A DNA stretch of 64,000 bases from an uncultured Verrucomicrobiae bacterium (GCA_963719495.1 CAVRCI010000004.1:310620-374619); one strand, 5' to 3'. Counted from the first letter of the stretch, positions 1-9,272 are shown. A program made the numbers and translations. The notes: a model not told the origin generated them from the sequence alone.

Positions 1-682
1 GGGGCTGAGTTTTCTGGAAAATCTCGAACTCCCGGAACCAGCCGGAATGCTGCTCACCCAGCAACTCGCCCTCCACAACGAGTTGGCCGCTCGCATCCGC
101 CAAGACGAGGCAGCGCTCAAAGATCTCATGAGCCAAAGCCCCGAGCTCACCCACGTCTGCAGTCTCCCCGGGATGGGACCCATCCTCGCAGCGGTTGTCG
201 TCGCCGAGATCGACGACATCTCGCGCTTTGCCCCCGCGCAGAAGCTCTGCGGCTACGCGGGACTCTGCCCGGCGACGAGCAGCAGCGGCGGTAAGACCTA
301 CCACGGACGCCTGCTGCCCCAGTGCAACAAATGGCTGCGTTGGGCCTTCGTCGAGGCTGCCTGGGTAGCCGTTGGCTGCTCGCCCTACTTCGGCGACTAC
401 TACAAAAACAAACGCGCTCACGGCAAGAAAGCCAACACCGCCATTCTGGCCACCGCCCGCCGGATGGCCCGCATCACCTGGAGCCTCTTGACCCAGGGGC
501 GTTCCTACACGAACTTTCCTGAATCCCAAAAGCTCCGAAGCCAGCGCCGTGACGCGGACGGGCAAACGCCTTCCCGATCCGGCCTGGCCAAGGAAAAAAT
601 TGAAGACATGAAAACCCCGAAAACACGCCAGGGACGCAAACGTCGATCTTCTCGAAAACAATTTCCCCAGCCGCTCCAATGA
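1..682 (+). CDS. IS110-family transposase/recombinase, C-terminal part (5' end outside window)
   Basis: SLPGMGPILAAVVVAEIDDISRF...KLCGYAGLCP...SSSGG...CNKWLRWAFVEAA and A.ARRMAR motifs of the Transposase_20 domain; frame appears open back to the window edge. Confidence 0.93.
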   Translation, partial: GLSFLENLELPEPAGMLLTQQLALHNELAARIRQDEAALKDLMSQSPELTHVCSLPGMGPILAAVVVAEIDDISRFAPAQKLCGYAGLCPATSSSGGKTYHGRLLPQCNKWLRWAFVEAAWVAVGCSPYFGDYYKNKRAHGKKANTAILATARRMARITWSLLTQGRSYTNFPESQKLRSQRRDADGQTPSRSGLAKEKIEDMKTPKTRQGRKRRSSRKQFPQPLQ

Positions 683-985
683 ACGACTGGTTGGTCGCTA
701 AGTCTTAGCACTTAGTCGGCGCACCTTGGGTCAGGATGGAGGGCTGGGGATCTGATCGCCACAATGGATGGGGGCCAGAAGTGCCCGCCCCGCAGAGAAG
801 TGTGATTCCAGCATCGCTATCGTCCCAAGTTTACAGGCTCCTTCCCTCGATGTAAGAGCCCGCGCTTTTCCCTGCCCTGATGGTCACCCATTGGGCGCTT
901 TCTTCTGCGTTCCCCGCCCCACTCGGGCCAAGAACCCTCTAAATTAGACCGTTGACAGCCCTTCGACCCTTTTTTCAGAGAAGTC
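683..985 (+). ncRNA. Non-coding right end of the IS110/IS1111 element; candidate bridge/seek RNA, with a -35 hexamer (TTGACA, 952-957) pointing toward the element end
   Basis: About 300 bp without a credible ORF directly 3' of the transposase; TTGACA near the presumed terminus as in IS1111-type ends; exact end uncertain. Confidence 0.55.
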
Positions 986-1334
986 GATCATTCGTGACCA
1001 GTTTGCGAACAGGGTTGCTCCTTCATGGTGAGGCTTCGCCAGGACGGGGTCGCTCTTTTTGCAATAGCACAGCATTGGCCGGACAAATCCGCGGAATGAC
1101 CAAGCGATCCCACCCCCTGACCTCCCAATCCTTCGCGATAACCAGGCGAATCCTCGTGCAGAACTCAGGAATCCACGCTCAGTGATCTAAGGTGACCGAC
1201 CCCCGTCACCGGAATCGGAGCGGACTTGTCGAAATCGATCGACTTCCTCCCTTATGCTCGGAGTAAACCAAACGCTCTCTGCGATTCAAACCGGAAAGAG
1301 GTCGGGGTGCGCGCGAGACGACCAGGTTCTCCGT

Positions 1335-3689
1335 TTAGCGACGAATGATGCGGAGTCTGAGGGTCTTGGAGCGGTTGCCTGACGGGTCGAAGGCGCGGAC
1401 TTTGATGAGGTTTTTTCGTTTGTTCTTCCTGGGGCGAACGATGGCTTTCCAGCGGTCGGTTCCGCGGGTTTTCTTGAATCCGCGTTTGCCGGGCACTTTG
1501 AATTCGACCCGCGTGATGCCCGATGCGTCGGTGGCGGTGCCGCGGAACACAATGCGGCGTCGGGTCGACTCGACGCGGCGGCGACCTTTTACGCGAACAA
1601 TCGGGCGGGTGACGTCGGGGGTGGGTGCGATGATGGCGGTGGGCGGGAGGACGAAGACGTAGGCGGCTCCGGAGTCGGTCGCGGTGTTGTCATTGATGGC
1701 GAGGGGATTGTTGACGCCGATGGCGTTGCTGTCCTCTTCGGCGGCGCCGACGATGGCGGTCGTGCCCGAGATGGCGACGGCTCCCCCGAAGCGGTCGTCG
1801 GGGTCGGTGTTGGCGGATTTGAGATAAGTTTGTTGGGACCAGGTCGAGCCGGAGCGCACGAAGAGGTAGGCGGCACCGGACTCGGGGTCGGTGTTGTCGA
1901 GTTGATTCCCGTCGATGCCGACGGCATTGCTGTCCTCGAAGATGCTGCCGACTATGAGATTCCCGCCCGAGAGTGCGAGGGAGCGGGCGAATTGGTCGCC
2001 ATCCCCGGCGTTCGACGCTTTGAGATAAGCCTCGGGGAACCAGGTCGGGCCACTTCGGACGAACGTGTAGGCCGCGCCGGCGGCTTCGGCGCTGTTGTCG
2101 GTCTGGTTGCCGTTGATGGCGGTCGCGGTGCTGTCCTCGAAGGGAGCCCCGACGACGAGAAGATTGCCCGAGATGGAGAGCGAGGTGCCGAACTGATCAC
2201 CCTGGCCGGAATTGGAGGCTTTGGCGTAGGCTTGCTGGACCCAGTTGGTGCCGTTGCGGGTGAAAATGTAGACTGCTCCGGCTCCGGGAGCGGTGTTGTC
2301 GGTCTGGTCACCGCCGATTCCGGTGGCTCCGCTGTCTTCGAGGGGGGCGGCGACGGCGAGGATGTCGCCGGAGATTGCGACCGTGCTGCCGAAGCGGTCG
2401 TTGGCGGCGGGATTCGACGCTTTGAGGTAGGCTTGCTGACTCCAGGCGGCGCCATTGCGAACGAAAACGTAGGCCGCTCCGCTGCTGGCGGCGGAATTGT
2501 CGTTCGGGTTGCCGTTGACATCGGTTGCGTTGCTGGCCTCGAAGCGCGCGCCGACGACGATGGTGTCGCCGGAGATGGCGACGGATTGACCGAATTCGTC
2601 GCCGCCGTCGGAATTAGACGCTTTGAGGTAGGCCTGTTGGGACCAGGCGGCTCCGTCGCGAACGAAGACGTAGGCGGCTCCGGCGGCGGACGCGCCACTG
2701 TTGTTTTGATTGCCGTCGATGATGTCCGCGTCGCTGTCTTCGAGATTTGCTCCGACGACGGAGGTGTTGCCGGAGATGGCCACCGAAGCGCCGAATAGAT
2801 CGGTGTCGTCGGTGTTCGAGGCCTTGAGGTAGGCCTGCTGGGTCCAGGTCGTGCCGTTTCGGACGAAAACGTAGACCGCACCGGCAGAATTCAGACCGTT
2901 GTCGGTCTGGTCGCCACCGATCCCTTCGGCGTTACTTTCCTCGCCGACGGCAGCGACGATGGCGGTGTTGCCCGAGATTGCGACGGAACCGCCGAAAAGG
3001 TCGCCTGAGTCGGGGTTGGAGGCTTTGAAGAGGGCCTGCTGAGCGACGGGGTCGATGGTGATGGGGTAGCGGGCGGAGCGGTCGTCGACTTCGATGGCGA
3101 AGCCGGCGGGGTGGGCGATGAATCGGGTCGGCAGCGTCCGGCCTTCGGCGTCCCAGGCGAGGAGGCCGGAGTAACTGAGGACGGGGGCCCCGGAGTCGTT
3201 GGTGAATTGGACCGAGTCGGTGGCGACGAGCGGCGTGAGGTTGCCGCGGGTGGAGAGGGCAAGGATGAGCGGGCGACCGGTGGCGTCGTCGTCGGTGCGC
3301 TCGGTGAGGGTCCAGCCTTGCTGCAGGCCGTGGGGGTGGTTGACGAACCACTCGGCGAGGGTGTCGGAGTGGCGGCGGGCCAGTCGATTTTCGTCGGCGG
3401 CGGCGGCGGGTTCGGGTTGTGAGCCGACGAGTGCGAGGCCCCAGGTCCAGTCACCCCGGTCGGGCTTCGCGAGGAAGCCGTGTTCGTCAAAGGTGAGGGT
3501 CCAGCCTTGAGCGGGATTGCGAGCCGCGTGAGAGCCGTCGGATTCGGAGGTCATGCGGTGCCGCCAGAGGTCGTGGGCGGAGCGGAGGCCCGACAAGTCG
3601 GTGGGGGTGACGTGGGTGGCTGCGAAAGCCGCCGGGAGGCAGGCCAACATAATGAGCGGGAAGATTATCTGCATGGCGGGGAGGGGCAT
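1335..3689 (-). CDS. Secreted FG-GAP repeat (integrin-alpha-like beta-propeller) protein with a basic C-terminal Ig-like domain
   Basis: Signal peptide; about 7 repeats of QAYLKASN...D.FG.SVAISG...VVGA..E...GAAYVF. Confidence 0.9.
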   Translation of the reverse strand: MPLPAMQIIFPLIMLACLPAAFAATHVTPTDLSGLRSAHDLWRHRMTSESDGSHAARNPAQGWTLTFDEHGFLAKPDRGDWTWGLALVGSQPEPAAAADENRLARRHSDTLAEWFVNHPHGLQQGWTLTERTDDDATGRPLILALSTRGNLTPLVATDSVQFTNDSGAPVLSYSGLLAWDAEGRTLPTRFIAHPAGFAIEVDDRSARYPITIDPVAQQALFKASNPDSGDLFGGSVAISGNTAIVAAVGEESNAEGIGGDQTDNGLNSAGAVYVFVRNGTTWTQQAYLKASNTDDTDLFGASVAISGNTSVVGANLEDSDADIIDGNQNNSGASAAGAAYVFVRDGAAWSQQAYLKASNSDGGDEFGQSVAISGDTIVVGARFEASNATDVNGNPNDNSAASSGAAYVFVRNGAAWSQQAYLKASNPAANDRFGSTVAISGDILAVAAPLEDSGATGIGGDQTDNTAPGAGAVYIFTRNGTNWVQQAYAKASNSGQGDQFGTSLSISGNLLVVGAPFEDSTATAINGNQTDNSAEAAGAAYTFVRSGPTWFPEAYLKASNAGDGDQFARSLALSGGNLIVGSIFEDSNAVGIDGNQLDNTDPESGAAYLFVRSGSTWSQQTYLKSANTDPDDRFGGAVAISGTTAIVGAAEEDSNAIGVNNPLAINDNTATDSGAAYVFVLPPTAIIAPTPDVTRPIVRVKGRRRVESTRRRIVFRGTATDASGITRVEFKVPGKRGFKKTRGTDRWKAIVRPRKNKRKNLIKVRAFDPSGNRSKTLRLRIIRR

Positions 3690-3915
3690 GGCGGGGAGGG
3701 TGCCGGAAACGTCGGGCCAGAAGCGGGAAGACGTGCTCTCACGAATTTTCAGTGTTCACGGTGTCGGCGGAAGGGTTGGACTTCAGGTGATAGTTGGTCG
3801 ATTGCCAGTGTCGATTGCCAGTTGCAAAACAATTGCTTGGGTCGCAAGAATGGTCCCGGTCGTGGGAGCGGGGGATGGATTCGAGAAAAATTGACCCTGA
3901 CCGCTTGCTGGCTTG

Positions 3916-4731
3916 TCAGGAAACCGTGGATATTCTGATCCTGCGGAGAGCAATCAGGCCGATCACGCCGAGCGAGATCAGGGCCGTGGCAGCTGGCTCA
4001 GGAACGGCCGTCGCGTCGAGGCGCACGTTGTCGAAATCGACCTCCAGATCCGCTCCGGGAGCCGACGGATCGGTCACGTTGAGATTCACCAGTCGAATCG
4101 CGAGATTCTCGCCCAGATTGGTGTGGACGGCACCGGTGGTGAAGGTCACGGTGGAGAGGGCAAACTCCCCCTCAGCGATGCTGCCCGCGAGAGTATTGTT
4201 GTCGGATGCCAGGATCGTCGAGCCGGCCATCAGGTCGACCCGGTAACCGGGAAACCCGTCGAGATTGAAGAACGAGCCATTCGATGCGGTCCCCGATGCG
4301 ATGTTTCCGATGTCGATTTGCAGGGTGTATTGCCGGTTTGCCAACAGCGTATCGCCGAGGATCTGGGAGAGTCCGTATTCGAGCCCTCCGCCGGTATCGG
4401 TCCGGCCCGCGAAATTGAAGGCGATGCCGACCCGGTTGCCCTCGGAGGCACCGCCCGGGAAGAAGGAAAAATCGCCCGGCTCAGGGGTGTCGGCGTTGAG
4501 TTGTGGAGTGAGAGTGCCGATGAAGAAATCCGGCCCGTTTCCGCCGCTGGTATCCAAGCCCGCCTCTTCGTAAAGTGCCCATCCATTCAAGGGTCCGAAG
4601 GTAAATTCGTTGGAAGGAGTTTCGCCCGAGATGTCCTCGAATCCGGCGTTGACGACCGTAAGAGGCGCGGTGTGCGAGGCCGACGTTCCGACAAGGGCGA
4701 AAAACAGAGGGAGCAGATGGGCAATTTTCAT
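3916..4731 (-). CDS. PEP-CTERM sorting domain protein
   Basis: N-terminal signal peptide; C-terminal VPEP + TM helix + RRIR. Confidence 0.92.
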   Translation of the reverse strand: MKIAHLLPLFFALVGTSASHTAPLTVVNAGFEDISGETPSNEFTFGPLNGWALYEEAGLDTSGGNGPDFFIGTLTPQLNADTPEPGDFSFFPGGASEGNRVGIAFNFAGRTDTGGGLEYGLSQILGDTLLANRQYTLQIDIGNIASGTASNGSFFNLDGFPGYRVDLMAGSTILASDNNTLAGSIAEGEFALSTVTFTTGAVHTNLGENLAIRLVNLNVTDPSAPGADLEVDFDNVRLDATAVPEPAATALISLGVIGLIALRRIRISTVS

Positions 4732-4984
4732 GAGGCGAAGAATCGGACGGTGGCAGATGGTCGCGCTTTCGATGCGGTTACGCTAGCTCGTAAATTATTT
4801 GGAATCAACATTTGGTCCGAGGCGATGGCGATGAGGGGTGGAAGGTGTTGGACGCGGACGGTTTCGGCAGGTCAGCGGGAGTGAACGAGTTTTGTGGCGT
4901 GCGTGGGATTTGAAGCTTCGCTTTCGGGTTGGGGCGCCGGGCTGGATGCCCGGCGCGACAGGCAGGGATGCCTGTTCTACCCTT

Positions 4985-5500
4985 GATTGGATCGATGCGA
5001 GCGGTTTCGTGGGTGGTGAGGATTTCGATCGTTCCGGCGGGGAGGGGATTTTCTGGCCGGGGGACAGGTCGGCGAAGGGGATGATTTGCTGGCCGATGAC
5101 GAATTCGGTTTCGCGGGGGGATTCGGAGAAGTCGGCGCTTTGACCGACGTCGAGGGTCAGGCGCGATTCTTTGGCGAGGTAGTCCGTGGCGAATTGGCTG
5201 AGGATGAGGAGGCCGACGTGGATGACGTGGATGCCGAGCTTGGACCACGTGAGTCGGAAGCGGGTGAGGTGGGCGGCCCGGAGGTTGACGATGAGGATCG
5301 CGCCGAGGAGGTGGCCACCGGGGAGGAGCGGGACTTGAAGGCCGCCGATGTCGAAGAAGACGATCGAGCTCTGGAAGTAGCGCTAATGGGCGAGGTCGAG
5401 GCCTTCGCTGACCTGGGCGAAGGTGCCGGGGAGGCTGAGGACCATCGCCAAGCCGAGGCAGCCGATGGTCAGGCGAAGGGAGGACTGGACGCGGATGAGA
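4985..5500 (-). pseudogene. ResB-like cytochrome c biogenesis protein, N-terminal fragment with an internal stop
   Basis: Manual translation SSLRLTIGCLGLAMVLSLPGTFAQVSEGLDLAH*RYFQSS...PGGHLLGAILIVNL...KLGIHVIHVGLLILSQFATD...ESRLTL; in-frame TAG at about 5383-5385; truncated. Confidence 0.7.
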
Positions 5501-5808
5501 GGTCTCAATGGACAGGATTAACGGGATTCACAGGTTTGGGATGAAAGGCAGCTTCCGAAAAATCCTGTTCATCCCGTAAATCCTGTCTCACTCATTCTCG
5601 CGCATCGATTTCGAGGTCGGTTTTGGGGAGGGAGTGGGCAGAGAGAGCGAGGGAACGCGCGGCGCGACGTTCCCTACCCGACTGGGTGGGGCTGGTCGCG
5701 CCGCGCCAGCCGTCCTCGATCTCCGCGGTGCCACTTTCTTCGTCTCGCCCCTTTGACCCTTTTTGCAATCCCACCCGGCTTCGGTTGGAAGCCGATGGCA
5801 CGGTCGTC

Positions 5809-5838
5809 AGAGATACTTCGCTTCGCTCAGCGCGACAG
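5809..5838. repeat. REP-like repeat GA(T)CCTTCGCTTCGCTCAGGATGACAG family; other copies at about 28590-28618, 36859-36887, 44928-44957, 55171-55197
   Basis: Five near-identical copies, all in the same orientation, at or near gene boundaries. Confidence 0.85.
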
Positions 5839-6969
5839 ATTTAGGATGACGGATTTGGCGTTTTGTCTCGCCCAGCTGTCGGCGGCCAGGAGGGTGGGGA
5901 GGTTGGGGTTTTTGGTGACCTCGTGGGCGGTCATGGTGGTCTCGACGGTTTGCCAGATTTCTTGGAATGGGATCTTTTCCTCTAGAAACGCGGCGGCGGC
6001 GATTTCGTTGGCGGCGTTGAGGACGGCGGGGAGGGTGCCGCCGGTGCGGCCGGCTTCGCGGGCTAGGCGGAGGGCGGGGAAATCGTTTTCGCGGGGGGCG
6101 GAGAATTCCAATGAGCCGAGGGTGGCGAGGTCGAGGGGTTGGAGCGCTCCCGGGACTCGGTCGGGGTAGGTGAGGGCGTATTGGATGGGGAACGCCATGT
6201 CGGAATGGCTGAGCTGGGCGAGGAGGGAACCGTCGACGAATTCGACGAGGGAATGTACGACGCTCTGCGGGTGGATGACGACGTCGATGCGGTCGATGGA
6301 GACGTCGAAGAGCCAGCGGGCCTCGATCATTTCGAGGGCTTTGTTGAAGAGGGTGGCGGAGTCGAGGGAGATCTTGCGGCCCATGTCCCAGGTGGGGTGG
6401 CGGAGGGCTTGGGCGGGGGTGACTTGGGGAAGATCGGCGGCGGGGGTCTCGCGGAAGGGACCGCCGGAGCAGGTGAGGATGAGGCGGGCGACGTGGTCGG
6501 AGGGGCGGCCTTCGAGGCACTGGAAGATGGCGTTGTGCTCGCTGTCGACGGGAAGGACGCGGACGTTTTTTCGCCGGGCGGCGGCCATGAGGATGCCGCC
6601 GGCGAGGACGAGGATCTCCTTGCTGGCGACGGCGATGTCCTTGCCGGCTTCGATGGCGGCGAGGGCGGGGGCAAGGCCGGCGGTGCCGACGATGGCGATG
6701 AGGACGAGGTCGGCGTCGGGGTGGGTAGCAAGCTCGAGGAGACGGTCCGGGCCGTCGGGGCCGTTGGTCCGGGCGGTGCTGGCGTCGGGGAAGGCGGCGG
6801 CTGCGGTGGCGAGGCCCTCGCTGTTTTCGTGGGCGGAGAGGCCGACGATTTGGATGCGATCGGGGAGTGCGCGCGCGACGCGTTGAGCGCTTTGGCCGAT
6901 GGAGCCGGTCGCACCGAGCAAGGAGACCTTGCGGGTCGAAGGTCGAAGGTCGGAAGGTTCGAAGGTCAA
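5827..6969 (-). CDS. dxr: 1-deoxy-D-xylulose-5-phosphate reductoisomerase
   Basis: LLGATGSIG, ASKE, PVDSEHNAIFQC, HPTWDMGRKISLDSATLFNKALE. Confidence 0.97.
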   Translation of the reverse strand: MTFEPSDLRPSTRKVSLLGATGSIGQSAQRVARALPDRIQIVGLSAHENSEGLATAAAAFPDASTARTNGPDGPDRLLELATHPDADLVLIAIVGTAGLAPALAAIEAGKDIAVASKEILVLAGGILMAAARRKNVRVLPVDSEHNAIFQCLEGRPSDHVARLILTCSGGPFRETPAADLPQVTPAQALRHPTWDMGRKISLDSATLFNKALEMIEARWLFDVSIDRIDVVIHPQSVVHSLVEFVDGSLLAQLSHSDMAFPIQYALTYPDRVPGALQPLDLATLGSLEFSAPRENDFPALRLAREAGRTGGTLPAVLNAANEIAAAAFLEEKIPFQEIWQTVETTMTAHEVTKNPNLPTLLAADSWARQNAKSVILNLSR

Positions 6970-7037
6970 AGTGTGGGTACGCCCGCTGCAATCGCGCCAG
7001 CGATTCTTAAATGACTTTCGACCTCGGACCTTCGACT
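6934..7037. repeat. Dispersed ~105-115 bp element: GGTCG(G)AA tandem arms in inverted orientation around a conserved hairpin core; second copy 46511-46627, arm-only copy 41097-41132
   Basis: Shared core CAATCGC(G/A)CCAGCGATTCT(T/G)AAATGACTTT in both copies. Confidence 0.8.
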
Positions 7038-7918
7038 CACGTCAGCTTGAGCACGAGGCGCATGTAGAAGTAGAGGAGGGGGGCGGTGAAGAGGAGGCTG
7101 TCGATCAGATCGAGGGTGCCGCCGATACCGGGGAGGGCTCCGCTGCTGTCTTTGATGGCGGTGCTGCGCTTGACGATGGACTCCGCCAGGTCGCCGACGA
7201 TGGCGGCAAATCCGAGGCCGATTCCGAGGATGGCGTAGTCGATGACGGAGAAGGCGGGGAGTTTTTCCGGGATCAGCCAGTAGAGAATGAAGGCGGCGGC
7301 GGCGGAGGTGATGAGGGCGCCGAAGAAGCCTTCCCAGGTTTTTTTCGGGCTGATGTGGGGGACGAGCGGGTGTTTGCCGAAGAGGCTGCCGAAGAGGTAG
7401 GCACCCATGTCACTGAATTTGGTGACCATGAGAAGGAAGAGGACGTACCACTGGCCGGTGGGGTCGCCGTCGAGGGTGCGCGGGGGGATGAAGAGGATCT
7501 TGGTGATGAAATTGAAGAGCCAGGGGATGTAGAGGAGGCCGAAGAGGGTATACGCCATCGTCTGGAGCGGGCGGCGGTCGCGGAGGGGGGCGAACATTTG
7601 CCGGGCGAACATGACGACCAGGAAAAGAACGAGGATGGCGAGTTCGAAGTCGAGCGCTTGGGCGGGGCCCCAGGTGGCGAAGTAGTAGAAGCTGCCAACC
7701 AGAAAAATCGCGGCGGTGACCAGGCCGGTGAGCTGGAAATTTGGGATGCCGTCGTGGTCGAGCATCCGGAAGTATTCCCAGAGCGCGGTGAGGGCCATGA
7801 AGCCGATGACGACGAAGTAGGCGATCTCGCGGCCGGAGAAGATGGCGGCTAGGATGAGGGTCCAGAGGGCCAGCGTGCTGCCGAGGCGGAGGAAAAAGGT
7901 GGCTCGTCGGCTGCTCAT
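7037..7918 (-). CDS. cdsA: Phosphatidate cytidylyltransferase
   Basis: SDMGAYLFG, ISPKKTWEG, GDLAESIVKR...IKDS...PGIGGTLDLIDS; start set at MSSRR. Confidence 0.95.
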   Translation of the reverse strand: MSSRRATFFLRLGSTLALWTLILAAIFSGREIAYFVVIGFMALTALWEYFRMLDHDGIPNFQLTGLVTAAIFLVGSFYYFATWGPAQALDFELAILVLFLVVMFARQMFAPLRDRRPLQTMAYTLFGLLYIPWLFNFITKILFIPPRTLDGDPTGQWYVLFLLMVTKFSDMGAYLFGSLFGKHPLVPHISPKKTWEGFFGALITSAAAAFILYWLIPEKLPAFSVIDYAILGIGLGFAAIVGDLAESIVKRSTAIKDSSGALPGIGGTLDLIDSLLFTAPLLYFYMRLVLKLT

Positions 7919-7988
7919 CGGAAACTGGGGAGGGTAGGGAGTGATTTTGGATTTTGGAATTCGGATTTTGGACTGGTAGGTTTCGGCG

Positions 7989-8345
7989 GTGGTTGTTGAA
8001 CGATTCAAGGCGGTGATCTGGGCGGCGGATGTGGCTCGGGCAGTGAAGTTTTACGGCGACGTTCTGGGTGCTACGGTGGCTCGGGATATCGGCGTGATCG
8101 TGGAGCTGGAGATCGCCGGGGTGGCGGTGTCGGTTCACACGGGGGGGGAGGGGTCTTTTGCTAAACGAACCTGGACGGCGATGAGTTTTCAGGTCGCTGA
8201 CGTGATCGTCGGGGCCGCCGAGGTGCGGGCGGCGGGTGGGCTGGTCGAGCGCGAACCTCAGCCGGAGGATGGGGAGCCGCCGCACCTGGCGATGTGCGTG
8301 GATCCGGAGGGGAACGAATTCATGCTGACTCGAAAGCGCTCGTGA
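7989..8345 (+). CDS. VOC/glyoxalase family protein
   Basis: DVARAVKFYGDVLG...FQVADV...DPEGNEF. Confidence 0.88.
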   Translation: MVVERFKAVIWAADVARAVKFYGDVLGATVARDIGVIVELEIAGVAVSVHTGGEGSFAKRTWTAMSFQVADVIVGAAEVRAAGGLVEREPQPEDGEPPHLAMCVDPEGNEFMLTRKRS

Positions 8346-8410
8346 GCCGAGGCCGGGAGCCTTCCGCTGACGGCGTGGAGTCTCGAGGGGAGTGATCCGC
8401 CTCGCGGATT

Positions 8411-8438
8411 GGTTCGGCGATTGCAAATCGCCGCTCCT
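8411..8438. repeat. REP-like palindrome GGTTCGGCGATTGCAAATCGCCGCTCCT; identical copy at 9400-9427
   Basis: 28-bp exact repeat with a GGCGATT/AATCGCC stem. Confidence 0.85.
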
Positions 8439-8461
8439 CGAGCGGGAAGGCTCCCCGGCTT

Positions 8462-8642
8462 TTGCCCCGCTGTCTTGTCGAGAGGACCTTTGCCTGGGTC
8501 GGCAGATGCCACCGATTGTCCAATGACTACGGGGTCACGATCTTCGACTCCGAAACCTTCGTTTACGGAGCCGTCTGCCGCGCGCCGCTTTGGCGTCAGA
8601 CGCCTCGGCAAATCCACCGCCTGACGGTTTTTTGACGCGCTG
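8462..8642 (+). mobile_element. IS5-family transposase relic (C-terminus plus degenerate right end)
   Basis: Manual translation LPRCLVERTFAWVGRCHRLSNDY...SETFVY matches the IS5 C-terminal motif VERTFAWL.R.RRLSKDY. Confidence 0.75.
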
Positions 8643-9272
8643 TTAGAAGTTGTAGAGCTTGCCTTGGCGGATGTCGGCCATGGCTTGGCGGCTTTGCATG
8701 TAGGAATCGGGAGGGTTCGGGAGGGGGCCGTCGTCGAGGATGGGGAGGGTCTTGCCGATGGTCTCATCCCAAGGCTGGGTGGTGGCGACGTTGATCGGGG
8801 TGCCAACGCTGACGAGGTCAAAGACCTTTTTGGCGGACTTGAGCGGCATGCGGACGCAACCCATCGTGGATGGCTGGGGCTTCACGAAGCCCCAATGCAT
8901 TCCGTAGGCCGGGCCGTAGAATTCGATCCAGTAGGGCATTGGATAGCCGGCTCCGGGGCTGCTGACGCGGCGGCGTTCGGCGACCTTGGCGCGAACCGGG
9001 AAGGTGCCTTTCGGGGTCGGGGTGGCGGCGGTGCCGACGGACACGGGTGTCGCGAGGAGAACCTTGTCGCCCTCGACGACGTAGAGCTTCTGCGCGGAGG
9101 TGCTGAGTTTGACCTTCACGTTGGAGCGATTGGTCGGCTGCGTGACGGGTGGGTCGAATTGGAAGGCGTTCGAGCGGCTGCCGCTCGTCGGCATCGTGGT
9201 GCAGGCTCCGAGGGCGAGGGTGGCGGCGGCGAGGGCGGCGGTGGCGAGGAGACGGGTGATGGAAAATTTCAT
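8643..9272 (-). CDS. L,D-transpeptidase (YkuD family) lipoprotein
   Basis: Lipobox LGAC; PVSVG...TPKG.F; YGMHWG...STMGCVRM. Confidence 0.9.
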   Translation of the reverse strand: MKFSITRLLATAALAAATLALGACTTMPTSGSRSNAFQFDPPVTQPTNRSNVKVKLSTSAQKLYVVEGDKVLLATPVSVGTAATPTPKGTFPVRAKVAERRRVSSPGAGYPMPYWIEFYGPAYGMHWGFVKPQPSTMGCVRMPLKSAKKVFDLVSVGTPINVATTQPWDETIGKTLPILDDGPLPNPPDSYMQSRQAMADIRQGKLYNF

